DNA of 64,000 nt from an uncultured Candidatus Binatia bacterium (GTDB lineage: Bacteria; Desulfobacterota; Binatia; Bin18): the NCBI GenBank assembly GCA_965214605.1, contig OZ243961.1, positions 4,128,001 to 4,192,000 on the forward strand, read 5' to 3'. Of the stretch, positions 28,751-39,023 are shown piece by piece. Position numbers and translations under genes: made by a program. The notes under the pieces are model-generated. The model searched no databases and was not told the origin of the DNA. It worked only from the letters and a program-made list of their open reading frames with translations. The stretch's first letter is position 1; each line of letters starts with the position of its first letter.

Positions 28751-29167
28751 ATGCTGCAAACACTCCTCCTCACCGCAACCGGTATATGGCTTGGAGCCAT
28801 GGTGTTTTTTGCCTCGGTCGTTGCGCCGACGGTGTTTGGTACGCTGGCACCGCTCGACGCCGGACAGATGATCCGCCGGGTGTTTCCCAGATATTATCTG
28901 TTCGGCCTGGTGTGTTTAACGATTGCCCTGCTGGCCAGCCTTGTTGGTCCGGGTTGGTGGACGGCGGCTTTCGTCCTGCTTCTGGCGATCACCGTCTACG
29001 CCCGACAAATTTTGATGCCCAAGATCAATACCGCGCGCGATGCCATGCTCGAAAAGAACGAAGAACATTCTCCTGCCTTCACTCGTTTGCATAGGCTGTC
29101 GGTTCGACTCAACGTGTTCGAAATGCTCGTGTGTGTGGTCCTGATGTATGCGATGGCGGCTGGCTGA
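28751..29167 (+). CDS. DUF4149-like membrane protein
   Basis: WLGAMVFF..VVAPTVF, AG...VFPRYY, FTRLHRLSVRLN; four TM segments. Confidence 0.8.
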   Translation: MLQTLLLTATGIWLGAMVFFASVVAPTVFGTLAPLDAGQMIRRVFPRYYLFGLVCLTIALLASLVGPGWWTAAFVLLLAITVYARQILMPKINTARDAMLEKNEEHSPAFTRLHRLSVRLNVFEMLVCVVLMYAMAAG

Positions 29168-29181
29168 GGAGTGCCTCCCTC

Positions 29182-29661
29182 TCAGTTGTTCTGGTCAAAC
29201 ACAAAACGGAGTTTGCCCGGTGCGCTCGCCAAGGTTTTCCACGAGGGTATATTGAGCTCAATGCCAACCAAAGCCCCGGTTGGCAGGGACAGGTCTTGGT
29301 CACTCAGCCGACTGACGAGGTCTTCGAGGTCGGGGTTATGGCCGACTAGCAACACCGATTGACAGGCATCATCCAGCCCGGTCAAGACGTCGAGATGCTG
29401 AGCGAGCCCGGACAGATACAGGCTGTCCAGTGTTGTAATCATGCCCTCGTAGTCGGCCGTCCGCGCCGCTCGCTTGGCAGTCTGGCGGGCACGTCGGGCG
29501 GACGACGAAACGATGAGGTCGAGCCGAATTCTCTGACGACCGACCTCTTCCCCAGCCTGCTTGGCTTGCTGGACGCCCCGTTTTTTAAGGCTGCGCTCAA
29601 AGTCGCGCTCGGGATTGCCCTGTTGGGCTTTGCCGTGGCGTAGGATGAGCAGGGTTTTCAC
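29182..29661 (-). CDS. sixA: SixA-like histidine phosphatase
   Basis: LILRHGKA, SSARRARQT, LLVGHNP. Confidence 0.85.
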   Translation of the reverse strand: MKTLLILRHGKAQQGNPERDFERSLKKRGVQQAKQAGEEVGRQRIRLDLIVSSSARRARQTAKRAARTADYEGMITTLDSLYLSGLAQHLDVLTGLDDACQSVLLVGHNPDLEDLVSRLSDQDLSLPTGALVGIELNIPSWKTLASAPGKLRFVFDQNN

Positions 29662-29671
29662 GCTATCTTCG

Positions 29672-30946
29672 CTAGACAAACCTGAGCAAACGATCCGCCC
29701 GCAGCAGCTTGGTCTTGATCGGCAGCTGGGACGGGCAAGCTTGTTCACACGGCGCTCTGCAGTCCACACACTGTGCCGCGGTGCGTGCCTCGGACAGTTT
29801 GGCATACTCTTCCATGCCGACCCGCTGCTGGTTGTAGTTTTCGTAATACATGGCGTAGCGCAGGATATCATCAACCGGCACCTCGGCCGGGCAGGAGGAC
29901 AGACACTCTCCACACCCGGGCGGGCAGTAGTCGTTGGCAATCAACCGGTCGTATTTTTCGAGCAGCGCAACATCGGCCTGTTGCACTGGCTGAGCCGAGG
30001 CGTGCAAATACTCGTCGATTTGGGACCGTGAGTTCATGGTCACCACTAGACAGCTGACATCCTGATTTGACAGCACCCATTTGAAGGCTGCTTGGGAGAA
30101 GGATTCTCGCTCGGTTGAGCTAAAGTCCGACAGGACCGTGTGCCGGGCACCCTTGAGCGTCTTCATGGCCACGACCCCGACCCCCTTTTGCTTGGCATCG
30201 TGAAAGATCGTGCTCAGCTCGGGCCAATTCCGAAAATTATAGGCAACCATGATAACGTCAAAGCGGTCCGAGTCAACGGCGTGGCGCATGACCTGTTCCA
30301 GCCGGGGGGTATGGGACGAGACGCCTAAAAAGCGCAGCTTGCCCTGCTCTTTGAGCCGATCGAACGCCTCGTGGATATTCGGGTTCATCAGCCGCTCAAT
30401 GGAGTTACAGGCGTGGATATGGGCGAGGTCGAGGTAGTCGGTGCCAATCCGTTGCAGGCTGGCTTCTACCACCGCGATCACCTCTTTGACCGGCGTGGAG
30501 TTGCTGAGATGACCCTCTGGAGTACAAAACTTCGACACAATAAACAGCTCGTCGCGCGGATAGCCTCTGATCCCTTCACCTAGCGTGCGCTCTGAGCCAG
30601 CCCGAGAATAGTCGGGCGAGGTGTCAAAATAATTAACGCCTCGTTCGATCGCATACTTGACGAGCGAGGTGTCGTGGAGACCCGAGCAGCCAAAAGAGAT
30701 GTCCGATACCTTTATTCCGGTCCGACCTAGGGTGCGGTATTGGCGGATGCCGGCCTCCTGCCAGGCAGCACTTTTTTGGGCAGCCTCTTCCTCGACCGGC
30801 TGGAGTAAAAAGAGCTGCGTCTTATATTCACAGCCGGCGGTCAGAGCCGCGCTGCCACCGGCAAGCCCGATAGCAGCCTGCCGCAGAAAATTGCGCCGAC
30901 TCTGTTTGTTGACCGGGGTCGAACGGGACGTTTGCTTGGTCTGCAC
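29672..30946 (-). CDS. Aldo/keto reductase with twin-arginine leader and C-terminal Fe-S motifs
   Basis: SRRNFL, YRTLGRTG, FDTSPDY, IGTDYLD, CPPGCGECLSSCP, CVDCRAPCEQACP; SD TGAGGAGG before GTG 30946. Confidence 0.9.
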   Translation of the reverse strand: MQTKQTSRSTPVNKQSRRNFLRQAAIGLAGGSAALTAGCEYKTQLFLLQPVEEEAAQKSAAWQEAGIRQYRTLGRTGIKVSDISFGCSGLHDTSLVKYAIERGVNYFDTSPDYSRAGSERTLGEGIRGYPRDELFIVSKFCTPEGHLSNSTPVKEVIAVVEASLQRIGTDYLDLAHIHACNSIERLMNPNIHEAFDRLKEQGKLRFLGVSSHTPRLEQVMRHAVDSDRFDVIMVAYNFRNWPELSTIFHDAKQKGVGVVAMKTLKGARHTVLSDFSSTERESFSQAAFKWVLSNQDVSCLVVTMNSRSQIDEYLHASAQPVQQADVALLEKYDRLIANDYCPPGCGECLSSCPAEVPVDDILRYAMYYENYNQQRVGMEEYAKLSEARTAAQCVDCRAPCEQACPSQLPIKTKLLRADRLLRFV

Positions 30947-31012
30947 GGGCGGCCTCCTCAGCAGAGTGGATTGATCATGGATGAGGCTAGCACGGGTACG
31001 AGCCATAGACAA

Positions 31013-31591
31013 TCAAGACAGACAAAAACGGTGGATAGTGGCCCGTTTGGTCTCGGTATCAAAAATCGCATAGGCTCCGCGTCTATCCCGGTCACGGGGC
31101 TGGGAGGGAGAGCCGGGATTGACAACGAGGACAGAGCCGGTCCGCTGCACAAACGGTACATGGGTATGGCCAAAACACACGAGGTCGTAGGACAGGCTGG
31201 CAAACTGTTTGAGCCGCGCGCTGCCGGGGTAGATATACTCGTCGTAGGGCTCCCACGGGTTGGCGTGGACCATCAGAATCTTTGCTCCACCACACTCAAT
31301 CTCGCGGGTTAACGGAGCCTGGGCCAAGAAGGCGAGTGATTCTGGGGAAAAGGTCTCCCGACATTTTTGCAGATAGGCGGGGTTGCGTCCGCCAAACAAG
31401 ACCAGTTCGTGGTTGCCCTGAATACACACCACCCCGGCCCGTCTGAGCAACTCTACTGTGTCCGCGCAAAAGCGGTACTCGCTGATGGCGTCACCAGGAC
31501 ACAGAAGCATATCGGTCGAGGGCATGTCCTCAAGGGCATGCCGTAGGGCTGTGGCGTCAGCGTGAATATCAGAAATAATACCAATCTTCAT
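31013..31591 (-). CDS. Metallophosphoesterase (YfcE-like)
   Basis: ISDIH, GD, GNHE, GHTH, NPGS. Confidence 0.92.
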   Translation of the reverse strand: MKIGIISDIHADATALRHALEDMPSTDMLLCPGDAISEYRFCADTVELLRRAGVVCIQGNHELVLFGGRNPAYLQKCRETFSPESLAFLAQAPLTREIECGGAKILMVHANPWEPYDEYIYPGSARLKQFASLSYDLVCFGHTHVPFVQRTGSVLVVNPGSPSQPRDRDRRGAYAIFDTETKRATIHRFCLS

Positions 31592-31739
31592 ACAAACTCT
31601 GTGTTCTAAAGACTTCTGGGTGGAGACGCAAGTGGCCGGAACTCAATGCGGGCGGGCAAGACACTATTCACATTCTTGCAAGCCACGCCCAGAGATGCCA
31701 TAGCATCTGGCAGCGTTAGGCAGAGTCAGGGAGATTGAT

Positions 31740-32483
31740 ATGGCACAGACCGATACCCTATGCGGTTGGGGAGAGCAGGAGCGGGTTGATTATTTTGTGA
31801 CACGCAGCGCACTTTTGATCCCCAAGCGCTATGAACAGCTGAGCAGCCTCGTCGACTTCTTCCCCTGGCCGACCGATCAGCCCATTCGGGTATTGGATCT
31901 AGGTGCCGGCTATGGGGCGGTGACAGAGACTATTCTCAACCGCTATCCGCAGGCCAGCGTTGTGTGGCTGGACGGCTCTGCGGCCATGCAGGAGCACGCT
32001 GAGCCGCGTTTGGCCAAGTACGGTCAGCAGGTCCGAATGTTCCTCAGAGATCTGGCCGATCCCGCCTGGTCGGCGGATCTGCCGGGACCTTTTCATGCTG
32101 CGGTCTCGGCTATTGCCCTGCATCATCTGACCGATCAGCGTAAACGGACGCTGTGTGCCGAGGTCTATGACCTGCTGCTGCCCGGCGGCATGTTCCTCAA
32201 CAACGACGTGGTGACCGGAGCGCAGGAAATGCGCGAGTATTTTACCCCGCTGTCTGACCGGGTGATTCAACAACAGCTGCGCGAACAGACCGGCGTGGAA
32301 CATTCCTTGGGGGAGATCCGCAAGGCGCGCACGGTCATGCAGCGACCCAAAGGTCAGAACAGCCACATCGCGGTGCTTGAGTCACAGCTGGACTGGTGGC
32401 GAGAAGCGGGTTTTAGGATGGTGGACTGCTATTGGAAGTTTCTGAATTTTGCGATTTTTGGCGGGATGAAAGAAAAATCCTGA
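31740..32483 (+). CDS. Class I SAM-dependent methyltransferase
   Basis: VLDLGAGYG, SAIALHHL, LLPGGMFLN, VDCYWK. Confidence 0.9.
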   Translation: MAQTDTLCGWGEQERVDYFVTRSALLIPKRYEQLSSLVDFFPWPTDQPIRVLDLGAGYGAVTETILNRYPQASVVWLDGSAAMQEHAEPRLAKYGQQVRMFLRDLADPAWSADLPGPFHAAVSAIALHHLTDQRKRTLCAEVYDLLLPGGMFLNNDVVTGAQEMREYFTPLSDRVIQQQLREQTGVEHSLGEIRKARTVMQRPKGQNSHIAVLESQLDWWREAGFRMVDCYWKFLNFAIFGGMKEKS

Positions 32484-33007
32484 ACAATAAGGTGCTCTTG
32501 GACTAGCAGTCCGCTTTCCGGTCTGGCCTTAAGGCCGCACGCCTCGGCTAACAAGGAGAGCAGGAGTGCGGTCACGACCTGTTCTTCGCCGCTCCGATCG
32601 CGGGCGCCTTTGTGCAGGGTGAGGGAACAGACCCGGGTTCTTTCCGTATCGCACACCCCGATATGGGCCCGATGGTCGCCTTTCTTTGGCCGGTCGGTTG
32701 CTAGAGTTGCGGTGCAGGACAGACCGATAAGGGGCACTGTTTTATCCGCTTGGAGTCGGATTGCCCGTTGATAGGCGGCTTGGGCGAAGGCTGCTGCGGC
32801 TTCACCCGTGACCGACTGATCGATCGTTGCGCCCAGAAAGGCACTTTGGGCAGCCTGGCTGTAGGGAATCACGGCTTCTAAGACCGTGCGTGAAGCGCCC
32901 GGTACAGCCAAGAGGTCCGCGACGGCTTGGCCGCCGCCTCCGGTGACGGCCAAGACTGTCATGACTGGAGTGGCGTGGATTTGGGCAATGAGAGCAGTCT
33001 TGTCCAT
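32429..33007 (-). CDS. CinA-like domain protein
   Basis: AVTGGG, LLAVPGASRTVLEA..PYS, CTATLATDRPKKGDHR; 3' end overlaps the convergent methyltransferase. Confidence 0.7.
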   Translation of the reverse strand: MDKTALIAQIHATPVMTVLAVTGGGGQAVADLLAVPGASRTVLEAVIPYSQAAQSAFLGATIDQSVTGEAAAAFAQAAYQRAIRLQADKTVPLIGLSCTATLATDRPKKGDHRAHIGVCDTERTRVCSLTLHKGARDRSGEEQVVTALLLSLLAEACGLKARPESGLLVQEHLIVQDFSFIPPKIAKFRNFQ

Positions 33008-33017
33008 TCTTATTTTT

Positions 33018-33884
33018 TCAGAGCTCCAGCATCGCCCGCGTCTCATCCGGTGTCGCCACCTCCTGGCCCATACCCGTGATCATCCCCACCGCCCTGCTTA
33101 CAATCTCCGCATTGCTCAGCTGCCCTTCTTTGGCGTACTGATAGTCCTCCAGGCCAATCCGAACATGGCCGCCCATACTCACGATTTGGGGCACGAAGGG
33201 GAGGTTGTCGCCGCCCAGGGTTGCCGCAAACCAGTTACAGCGCACGTCTTTGAGCATGTCCAGATAGGCTTCGAGGCTCTTCAGGGTTGGTGGTAGACCA
33301 AACGGCAGCGTAGGGCCGCCAAAATAGAATTTCAGCAAGAGGGGCTCTGTGAGTACCCCTTTGTCTAAGAAGACCAAGGCCGCGCGCAAGAAACTGGCGT
33401 CAAAAATCTGGAGAGTCGGACGCAGGCCAAGTTCGTTTGAGCCCTCTAAGAAGTGTTTAATGGTGTCGTAGGAGTTTTGGTAGACAAAATTCCCCTCGCC
33501 TAGGTTCTTGGTGATCGGATCATACGTCACCAGGTTGACCGAGCCCATGTCTCCGGCCCCTAGGTCCGGTTTGGTGCCCGGATCTTTGGCCAAATCAAAA
33601 AAGTGCTGAAACCGCTGAGCCGGATCATTCCCAAATGGAAAGGTTGGCCACAGCAGTGGGGTGCACTTTTCGCGCGTGCGTTTGTAGACCTCTGAATAGT
33701 ACGGCAGATCTTGAACCCAAGCCCCAGTATCAGGGTTGCGGACATGAAAATGGATCAGAGCTGCGCCCGCCTGACAGGTGGCGATTGCGTCGTTGGCGAT
33801 TTCCTCCGGGCTATACGGAATATTGGGGTTAAGGTCTCTCATGGCGTTCCCGTTAATAGCAGCCTCAATCATGACTTTGGTCAT
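33018..33884 (-). CDS. 3-keto-5-aminohexanoate cleavage (BKACE/DUF849) protein
   Basis: EAAING, PYSPEEI, IHFHVR, GGHVRIGLED, ATPDETR. Confidence 0.92.
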   Translation of the reverse strand: MTKVMIEAAINGNAMRDLNPNIPYSPEEIANDAIATCQAGAALIHFHVRNPDTGAWVQDLPYYSEVYKRTREKCTPLLWPTFPFGNDPAQRFQHFFDLAKDPGTKPDLGAGDMGSVNLVTYDPITKNLGEGNFVYQNSYDTIKHFLEGSNELGLRPTLQIFDASFLRAALVFLDKGVLTEPLLLKFYFGGPTLPFGLPPTLKSLEAYLDMLKDVRCNWFAATLGGDNLPFVPQIVSMGGHVRIGLEDYQYAKEGQLSNAEIVSRAVGMITGMGQEVATPDETRAMLEL

Positions 33885-33992
33885 ACGTCCCTCCTTAACA
33901 GATGCGCTGCCGCGCGGTCAGTATCCACGATCCCTCATCCACTGATGGGCGCATTCTGTCCCGCAACTCTTAGCCTATTTCACGGACGGTTT

Positions 33993-34787
33993 TCAATACG
34001 TTTTCCGCACGCTGACGCCCCGCTCAGCTAAGAACGCTTTGCAGTCCCGAATCGTGTATTCCTGATAGTGAAAAATCGACGCGGCCAGGGCCGCGTCCGC
34101 CCGACCCCGGGTCAGGCCGTCATAAATATGTTCGAGGGTACCCACGCCGCCCGAGGCAATAACCGGGATGCTGACCGCATCGGCAATCGCCCGGGTCAGG
34201 GCAATATCATAGCCGGTTTTGGTGCCGTCTCTATCCATGCTGGTGAGAAGAATCTCCCCTGAGCCATAGGCTTCCATACGTTGGGCCCATTCGACGGCAT
34301 CAATCCCGGTCGGTGTCCGTCCGCCGTGGACGTACACCTCCCACGCCACCTCCTCGGCCGAGGACGTATTGCCGAGGGCTGAGCGCTTTCTTTTGGCATC
34401 AATGGCCACAATCGTACATTGCGCGCCAAAGCGTTCAGCAGCTTCCTTGACGAACTCCGGATGATCTACGGCTGCGGTGTTGATCGAGACCTTGTCGGCT
34501 CCGGCGTTCAACAGACTGCGGATATCCGCAATCTCTCGCACGCCTCCGCCGACGGTGAGCGGCATAAAGACCGTTTCTGCGGTACGTTGAACCACATCAA
34601 GAAGGATTTTGCGCCGTTCGTGGGAAGCGGTAATATCCAGAAAGGTCAGCTCGTCCGCGCCCTCGTCATTATAGCGCTGGGCGATTTCGACCGGATCGCC
34701 GGCATCGCGCAAATTGACAAAATTGATCCCCTTGACCACACGGCCGTCTTTAACATCCAGACAAGGAATAACGCGTTTTGTCAGCAT
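33993..34787 (-). CDS. hisF: Imidazole glycerol phosphate synthase cyclase subunit
   Basis: [48 protein letters not shown]. Confidence 0.98.
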   Translation of the reverse strand: MLTKRVIPCLDVKDGRVVKGINFVNLRDAGDPVEIAQRYNDEGADELTFLDITASHERRKILLDVVQRTAETVFMPLTVGGGVREIADIRSLLNAGADKVSINTAAVDHPEFVKEAAERFGAQCTIVAIDAKRKRSALGNTSSAEEVAWEVYVHGGRTPTGIDAVEWAQRMEAYGSGEILLTSMDRDGTKTGYDIALTRAIADAVSIPVIASGGVGTLEHIYDGLTRGRADAALAASIFHYQEYTIRDCKAFLAERGVSVRKTY

Positions 34788-34881
34788 GCGGGGAGTGTCA
34801 GAGGTTTGGACCAAAGAGTCAAGGGTAGAGGAGAGGTTGGCGGTCGGGCGACTCGCGCGGATCGCTCGGCCTCCAGTCAGC

Positions 34882-37137
34882 TCAAAACCTGATTCTGATA
34901 CCAACCGTCACGACCCGGCCAGGCTCAAAGACCTCCCGCCCGCTAAACGGGTTCTCCCGGGTTAGATGTTCGTTGTAGTTTCTGTCGAACAGGTTGGCGA
35001 CGTTGATCGTTAGTTCGTGACGACCCAGAAAACGCCATCCCGCGCTGAGATCTGCGGTTACAAACCCTTGGGTGACGTTCTCACCAAAAGCCGAGTCTAT
35101 GCGGTGTTGGCTTTGGACAAATCGAACCTCGGGAGTGAACCACAAGCCCCAGTCGGCATGCTCATAGCGGGCTCCCAGCTTACCCTCCAGTGGCGGAATC
35201 TCGGGGAGTGCGGTGTTGTCCTCGTTTTCTCCACGCACATAGGCAAAGGAACCGAGCAGAGTCAGGTCTTCACGCAGGGTATAACTCAGAGCAAAGTCTC
35301 CCCCGATCAGGGTGGCGTAATCAATGTTGCGGAAGCCGCGCAAGTTACACGGCCCATGCGGACACTGGAATTGGCTGTCCAGGATATACTCCAAAATATA
35401 GTCATCAATACGGTTGTAGAAAAACGAGCCATCCACGGTCAATTTCCCCCACCGGGCTCGGGTGCCGACATCGACCTCTAGGCTCTCTTCCGGGTCAAGA
35501 CCAGGGTGGCCAACATAGAAACCGCCCGGTCCGGGCCCCAAGGCTAAATACCGTTCGGTTGCATCGGCCGTCCGCACGGCTCGCCCAACTCCGACGAACA
35601 GGTCCACTGAGGACAGAGGAGAATAAATCAGGCGTCCGTTGGCGCTCACATTCGTCTCGAATTCATCAACCTCACCCGCCCCAGCACCGTAGAAACGCTG
35701 ATAGGCCATACGGGTAGCTGCGTCCGGGTTCGCGCCGGCATCGACGAAATCAGCCCGAGTTCCGACAATCACCCGCCACTTCGGCGCAAACTGATAGTTG
35801 TACTCCCCAAAAATACCGCCGTTCATGATATGCGTATCCGGCCAGGCATGAAAATATCGGGTCATACCGGCCATAGCGCCGCTCACAAATGAGAGGTGGT
35901 TGGTGCCCTCGCGTTCAAGCCGATAGACGTCACCACCAACAGCCAGACTGCCACCAAAGCTAGGCAGGATATTAGCTTGGACGCGCCCGCCAAACGTTCG
36001 GGCATCAAGCGGAAACACAACGCGCCTGAGCGGATGAGTATGTGTCCCATGTCCACCGCTGTTCATCATGCCGCTGTGACCGCCGCCCGTCATCGTATCG
36101 TTATGGCCGGTAGAGTGTCCTGTGCCGTCCATGTTGCCTGACCCGGAGCCGTTGCTAGTGGCGCTGCTCCCGGCCCGGTAGGGTTTGTGTTCGTTGTTCA
36201 TCCGATGGTGGACATAGTTGTAGTAACCCGTGAACTCTAGACTATGGACGCGGGGAAAGGGATTGCTAATGGTATAAGTTACCGAGCCGAGATAGGCGTC
36301 GTCTTCTTCGAGGTGTAAGGGGAGGGTGGCAAAGCGCGCGTCCCGGTCCGACTCTCGGCTTATGGAGAGACGAAAGCGATGGTTTGCATGGGGCTGCCAT
36401 AGGAGTGAACCGAACACGGACTGACTCTGAAACCCTGACTGGACACGCTCGCCGTCCCCAGAGTCATAGTCCTGATAATCGCGATAGCTACCCGACAAAC
36501 GAAAGGCCAGCTTCGGCCCACCTGCATTGACCGAGGCCCGCGTGGTAAAGCCGTTGTAATTGCTGACGTACAGGCCACCGAGCGAGCCGTTGGCGTACCA
36601 GGTGTGCGAGAGTTCGGGCTGCTTGGTCACTAGATTGATCGTGCCGCCTATACCACTCGGCCCCCGGGTGACCGAGTACGGTCCCTTGATCACTTCAATG
36701 GCTTCCAACTCTTCGATTTCCAGCAGCGAGGTTGGTGGGTCCATGCGAAACGGCCCGCCGCCCCATATCTTTGTTCCGTTGGTCATCACGCTGAGCCGAT
36801 CCTCGCCCAACCCACGGATGATCGGATCAAGAGACATTCCACCGAGGCGTTTCCCACTGACCCCAGGGACTGCGGTTTTGAGGAACTCGGCCACATCTTT
36901 GGCCTGATGGTTTTGCACCTGCTGGGCTGATATCACTGCACCTCCCGCACCCTCAAAGCGCAGGATGCGTGCTGCAGAAACAGTCATCGGCTCAAGTATT
37001 GTGGTTTCGCCGGCCTCCGCCGGCGGTCCGGCGTCCTGAGCGGTAGCGGGCTGGATAACGGCGTGTATCACGCCGAAGCTGATAAACAAGGAACTCCACA
37101 CCCACCGGCGGCGGGTGGATTCAGGCATAACAGACAT
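34882..37137 (-). CDS. TonB-dependent receptor, OprC (copper receptor)-like
   Basis: Plug [51 protein letters not shown], terminal F. Confidence 0.9.
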   Translation of the reverse strand: MSVMPESTRRRWVWSSLFISFGVIHAVIQPATAQDAGPPAEAGETTILEPMTVSAARILRFEGAGGAVISAQQVQNHQAKDVAEFLKTAVPGVSGKRLGGMSLDPIIRGLGEDRLSVMTNGTKIWGGGPFRMDPPTSLLEIEELEAIEVIKGPYSVTRGPSGIGGTINLVTKQPELSHTWYANGSLGGLYVSNYNGFTTRASVNAGGPKLAFRLSGSYRDYQDYDSGDGERVQSGFQSQSVFGSLLWQPHANHRFRLSISRESDRDARFATLPLHLEEDDAYLGSVTYTISNPFPRVHSLEFTGYYNYVHHRMNNEHKPYRAGSSATSNGSGSGNMDGTGHSTGHNDTMTGGGHSGMMNSGGHGTHTHPLRRVVFPLDARTFGGRVQANILPSFGGSLAVGGDVYRLEREGTNHLSFVSGAMAGMTRYFHAWPDTHIMNGGIFGEYNYQFAPKWRVIVGTRADFVDAGANPDAATRMAYQRFYGAGAGEVDEFETNVSANGRLIYSPLSSVDLFVGVGRAVRTADATERYLALGPGPGGFYVGHPGLDPEESLEVDVGTRARWGKLTVDGSFFYNRIDDYILEYILDSQFQCPHGPCNLRGFRNIDYATLIGGDFALSYTLREDLTLLGSFAYVRGENEDNTALPEIPPLEGKLGARYEHADWGLWFTPEVRFVQSQHRIDSAFGENVTQGFVTADLSAGWRFLGRHELTINVANLFDRNYNEHLTRENPFSGREVFEPGRVVTVGIRIRF

Positions 37138-37256
37138 ACTCCCTCCTGTTCTCCGTATCTGTGGACCGGTCTGTACAGAGCGGTTGCCCCATCCAACTGG
37201 TTCAAGATGGTGGCAGGGCCGTCGGGGACGGCAGCTGGTGGACGCTGAGAAGACAA

Positions 37257-37655
37257 TCAGACCACAAACGAGGAACGGGGTGGGGGGCTAGGGGGTGCAG
37301 GGGCGACCTCCGCCGAGTACTCACAAACCGGCTGGCGGTGGGACCGCTGGGGGTGGGTGATACTCAGGCGGACGGCCCGGGTGATCACAAAGCGGGGAGA
37401 CTCCAGACTCGCCGGCTCATCCGCGCGGGCCGGACGACAGGTTTGGATGGCCGGCCCCAAGCCGGCATGGTGCGCTTGGGGGCAATCCCGGGTGTGAGGG
37501 GCGGTATAGGTCGTGTGGCCCTGCGAAAGAGGGCAGTGCTGTGTGGACCGGCAGCAGGCGTGCGGAGCAGCGCTTAGGGCGGTGTAGAGGACTGGTAGCA
37601 GCCAGCCGGAGCCGGTGAGGATGATGGTCAGCACCAGACTCAGACGCCGCTTCAT
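37257..37655 (-). CDS. Small membrane-targeted Cys/His protein with C-terminal PPxPPPR (DUF2946-like leader)
   Basis: Hydrophobic N-terminus, HACC...HC...H..DCPQAHH, ends APPSPPPRSSFVV; directly upstream of the receptor. Confidence 0.7.
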   Translation of the reverse strand: MKRRLSLVLTIILTGSGWLLPVLYTALSAAPHACCRSTQHCPLSQGHTTYTAPHTRDCPQAHHAGLGPAIQTCRPARADEPASLESPRFVITRAVRLSITHPQRSHRQPVCEYSAEVAPAPPSPPPRSSFVV

Positions 37656-37703
37656 GGAATGCCGGTGTAGCAGAAAGACTCCTGAGAGAGGCTGTTGGCG
37701 CGC

Positions 37704-38927
37704 TCAGGTCAGGGCCGCGCTGATTCGTTGAAGCGCTGCTTCAACGTTTTCGTAGCTGTTAAAAGCACTGATCCGAGCATAGCCCTCTCCACACCTACCA
37801 AAGCCTGCGCCTGGAGTACAGACCACCCCGGCTTTATTCAGCAGCAGATCAAAGAATTCCCAGGAATCCGTATTGGTCTTGAGCCAGACATAGGGGGCGT
37901 GTTCGCCCCCCACACAGGCGTAGCCGAGTTTACTCATGGTTTGACGAATGAGGGCTGCGTTGGTCATGTAATAATCGCTCAGTTCCCGGACTTGCCGGGT
38001 ACCCTCTGCGGAGTACGCCGCCTCGGCCGCGCGTTGGACCGGGTACGACACGCCGTTGAACTTGGTCGATTGGCGTCGATCCCACAGGGCGTGCAGCGCA
38101 TGGGCTGTCCCGTGCGAGTCGTAGACCTGACACTGCTTGGGTACGATGGTGTAGGCGCACCGGGTTCCGGTAAACCCGGCCGTCTTTGAAAAGCTGCGGA
38201 ACTCAACCGCAACTTTCTTGGCCCCCTCAAGTTCATAAATGCTCTGTGGTAGCGTATCGTCCCGAATAAATTCGACATAGGCCGCGTCATACAGAATCAG
38301 AGCTTTATTTTCCTCGGCATAGTCCACCCACGGTCGCAGCTGGTCCTTGGTCACCATGCTGCCGGTCGGATTGTTTGGGAAGCACAGATAAATGGCGTCA
38401 ACCTTTTCCTGGGGTGGCGCGGGAATGTAGTTGTTGTCTTGGGTCGATTCCAAATATACGAGGCCTTGGTAGCGGCCGTCCTGCCAGCCGGTTGAGCGGC
38501 CGGCCATAACGTTCGTATCAACATAGACCGGATAGACTGGGTCCGGAACCGCGATACGGGTATCTGGGGCGAATAGCTCCTGAAAGTTGCCGGAATCGCA
38601 TTTGGCACCATCGCTGATAAAGACTTCATCCGCCGAGATATCAAGCCCACGGGCTTGAAAATCGTGCGCGGCAACCGCTTGGCGTAAAAAATCGTATCCC
38701 AGCTCTGGGCCATAGCCGCGAAAGGTCGCATCCTCGGCCATCTCGTCAACCGCGGCGTGCAGGGCGGCAATGCACGCCGCCGGCAGGGCGCGGGTCACGT
38801 CGCCAATCCCCAGCCGGATAACATCCCGGTCTGGATTGAGCTCCTGAAAAGCGGTCACCCGCTTAGCGATATCCGAAAACAAATAGGACGCTTGGAGCTG
38901 GAGATAATTTTCATTCATGACGATCAT
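37704..38927 (-). CDS. dapL: LL-diaminopimelate aminotransferase
   Basis: SYLFSDI, LGIGDVT, GYGPELGY, SDGAKCD, CFPNNPTG, SFSKTAGFTGTRC. Confidence 0.96.
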   Translation of the reverse strand: MIVMNENYLQLQASYLFSDIAKRVTAFQELNPDRDVIRLGIGDVTRALPAACIAALHAAVDEMAEDATFRGYGPELGYDFLRQAVAAHDFQARGLDISADEVFISDGAKCDSGNFQELFAPDTRIAVPDPVYPVYVDTNVMAGRSTGWQDGRYQGLVYLESTQDNNYIPAPPQEKVDAIYLCFPNNPTGSMVTKDQLRPWVDYAEENKALILYDAAYVEFIRDDTLPQSIYELEGAKKVAVEFRSFSKTAGFTGTRCAYTIVPKQCQVYDSHGTAHALHALWDRRQSTKFNGVSYPVQRAAEAAYSAEGTRQVRELSDYYMTNAALIRQTMSKLGYACVGGEHAPYVWLKTNTDSWEFFDLLLNKAGVVCTPGAGFGRCGEGYARISAFNSYENVEAALQRISAALT

Positions 38928-39023
38928 GCGCGACGTCCTCCTCAGTATTCTATCGTGTGTCAGAAAGTCAAAAAAAAGGAAAGTAGGGCCAAGACATGCC
39001 TCGCCCATGCCGGCTATTCGGCC

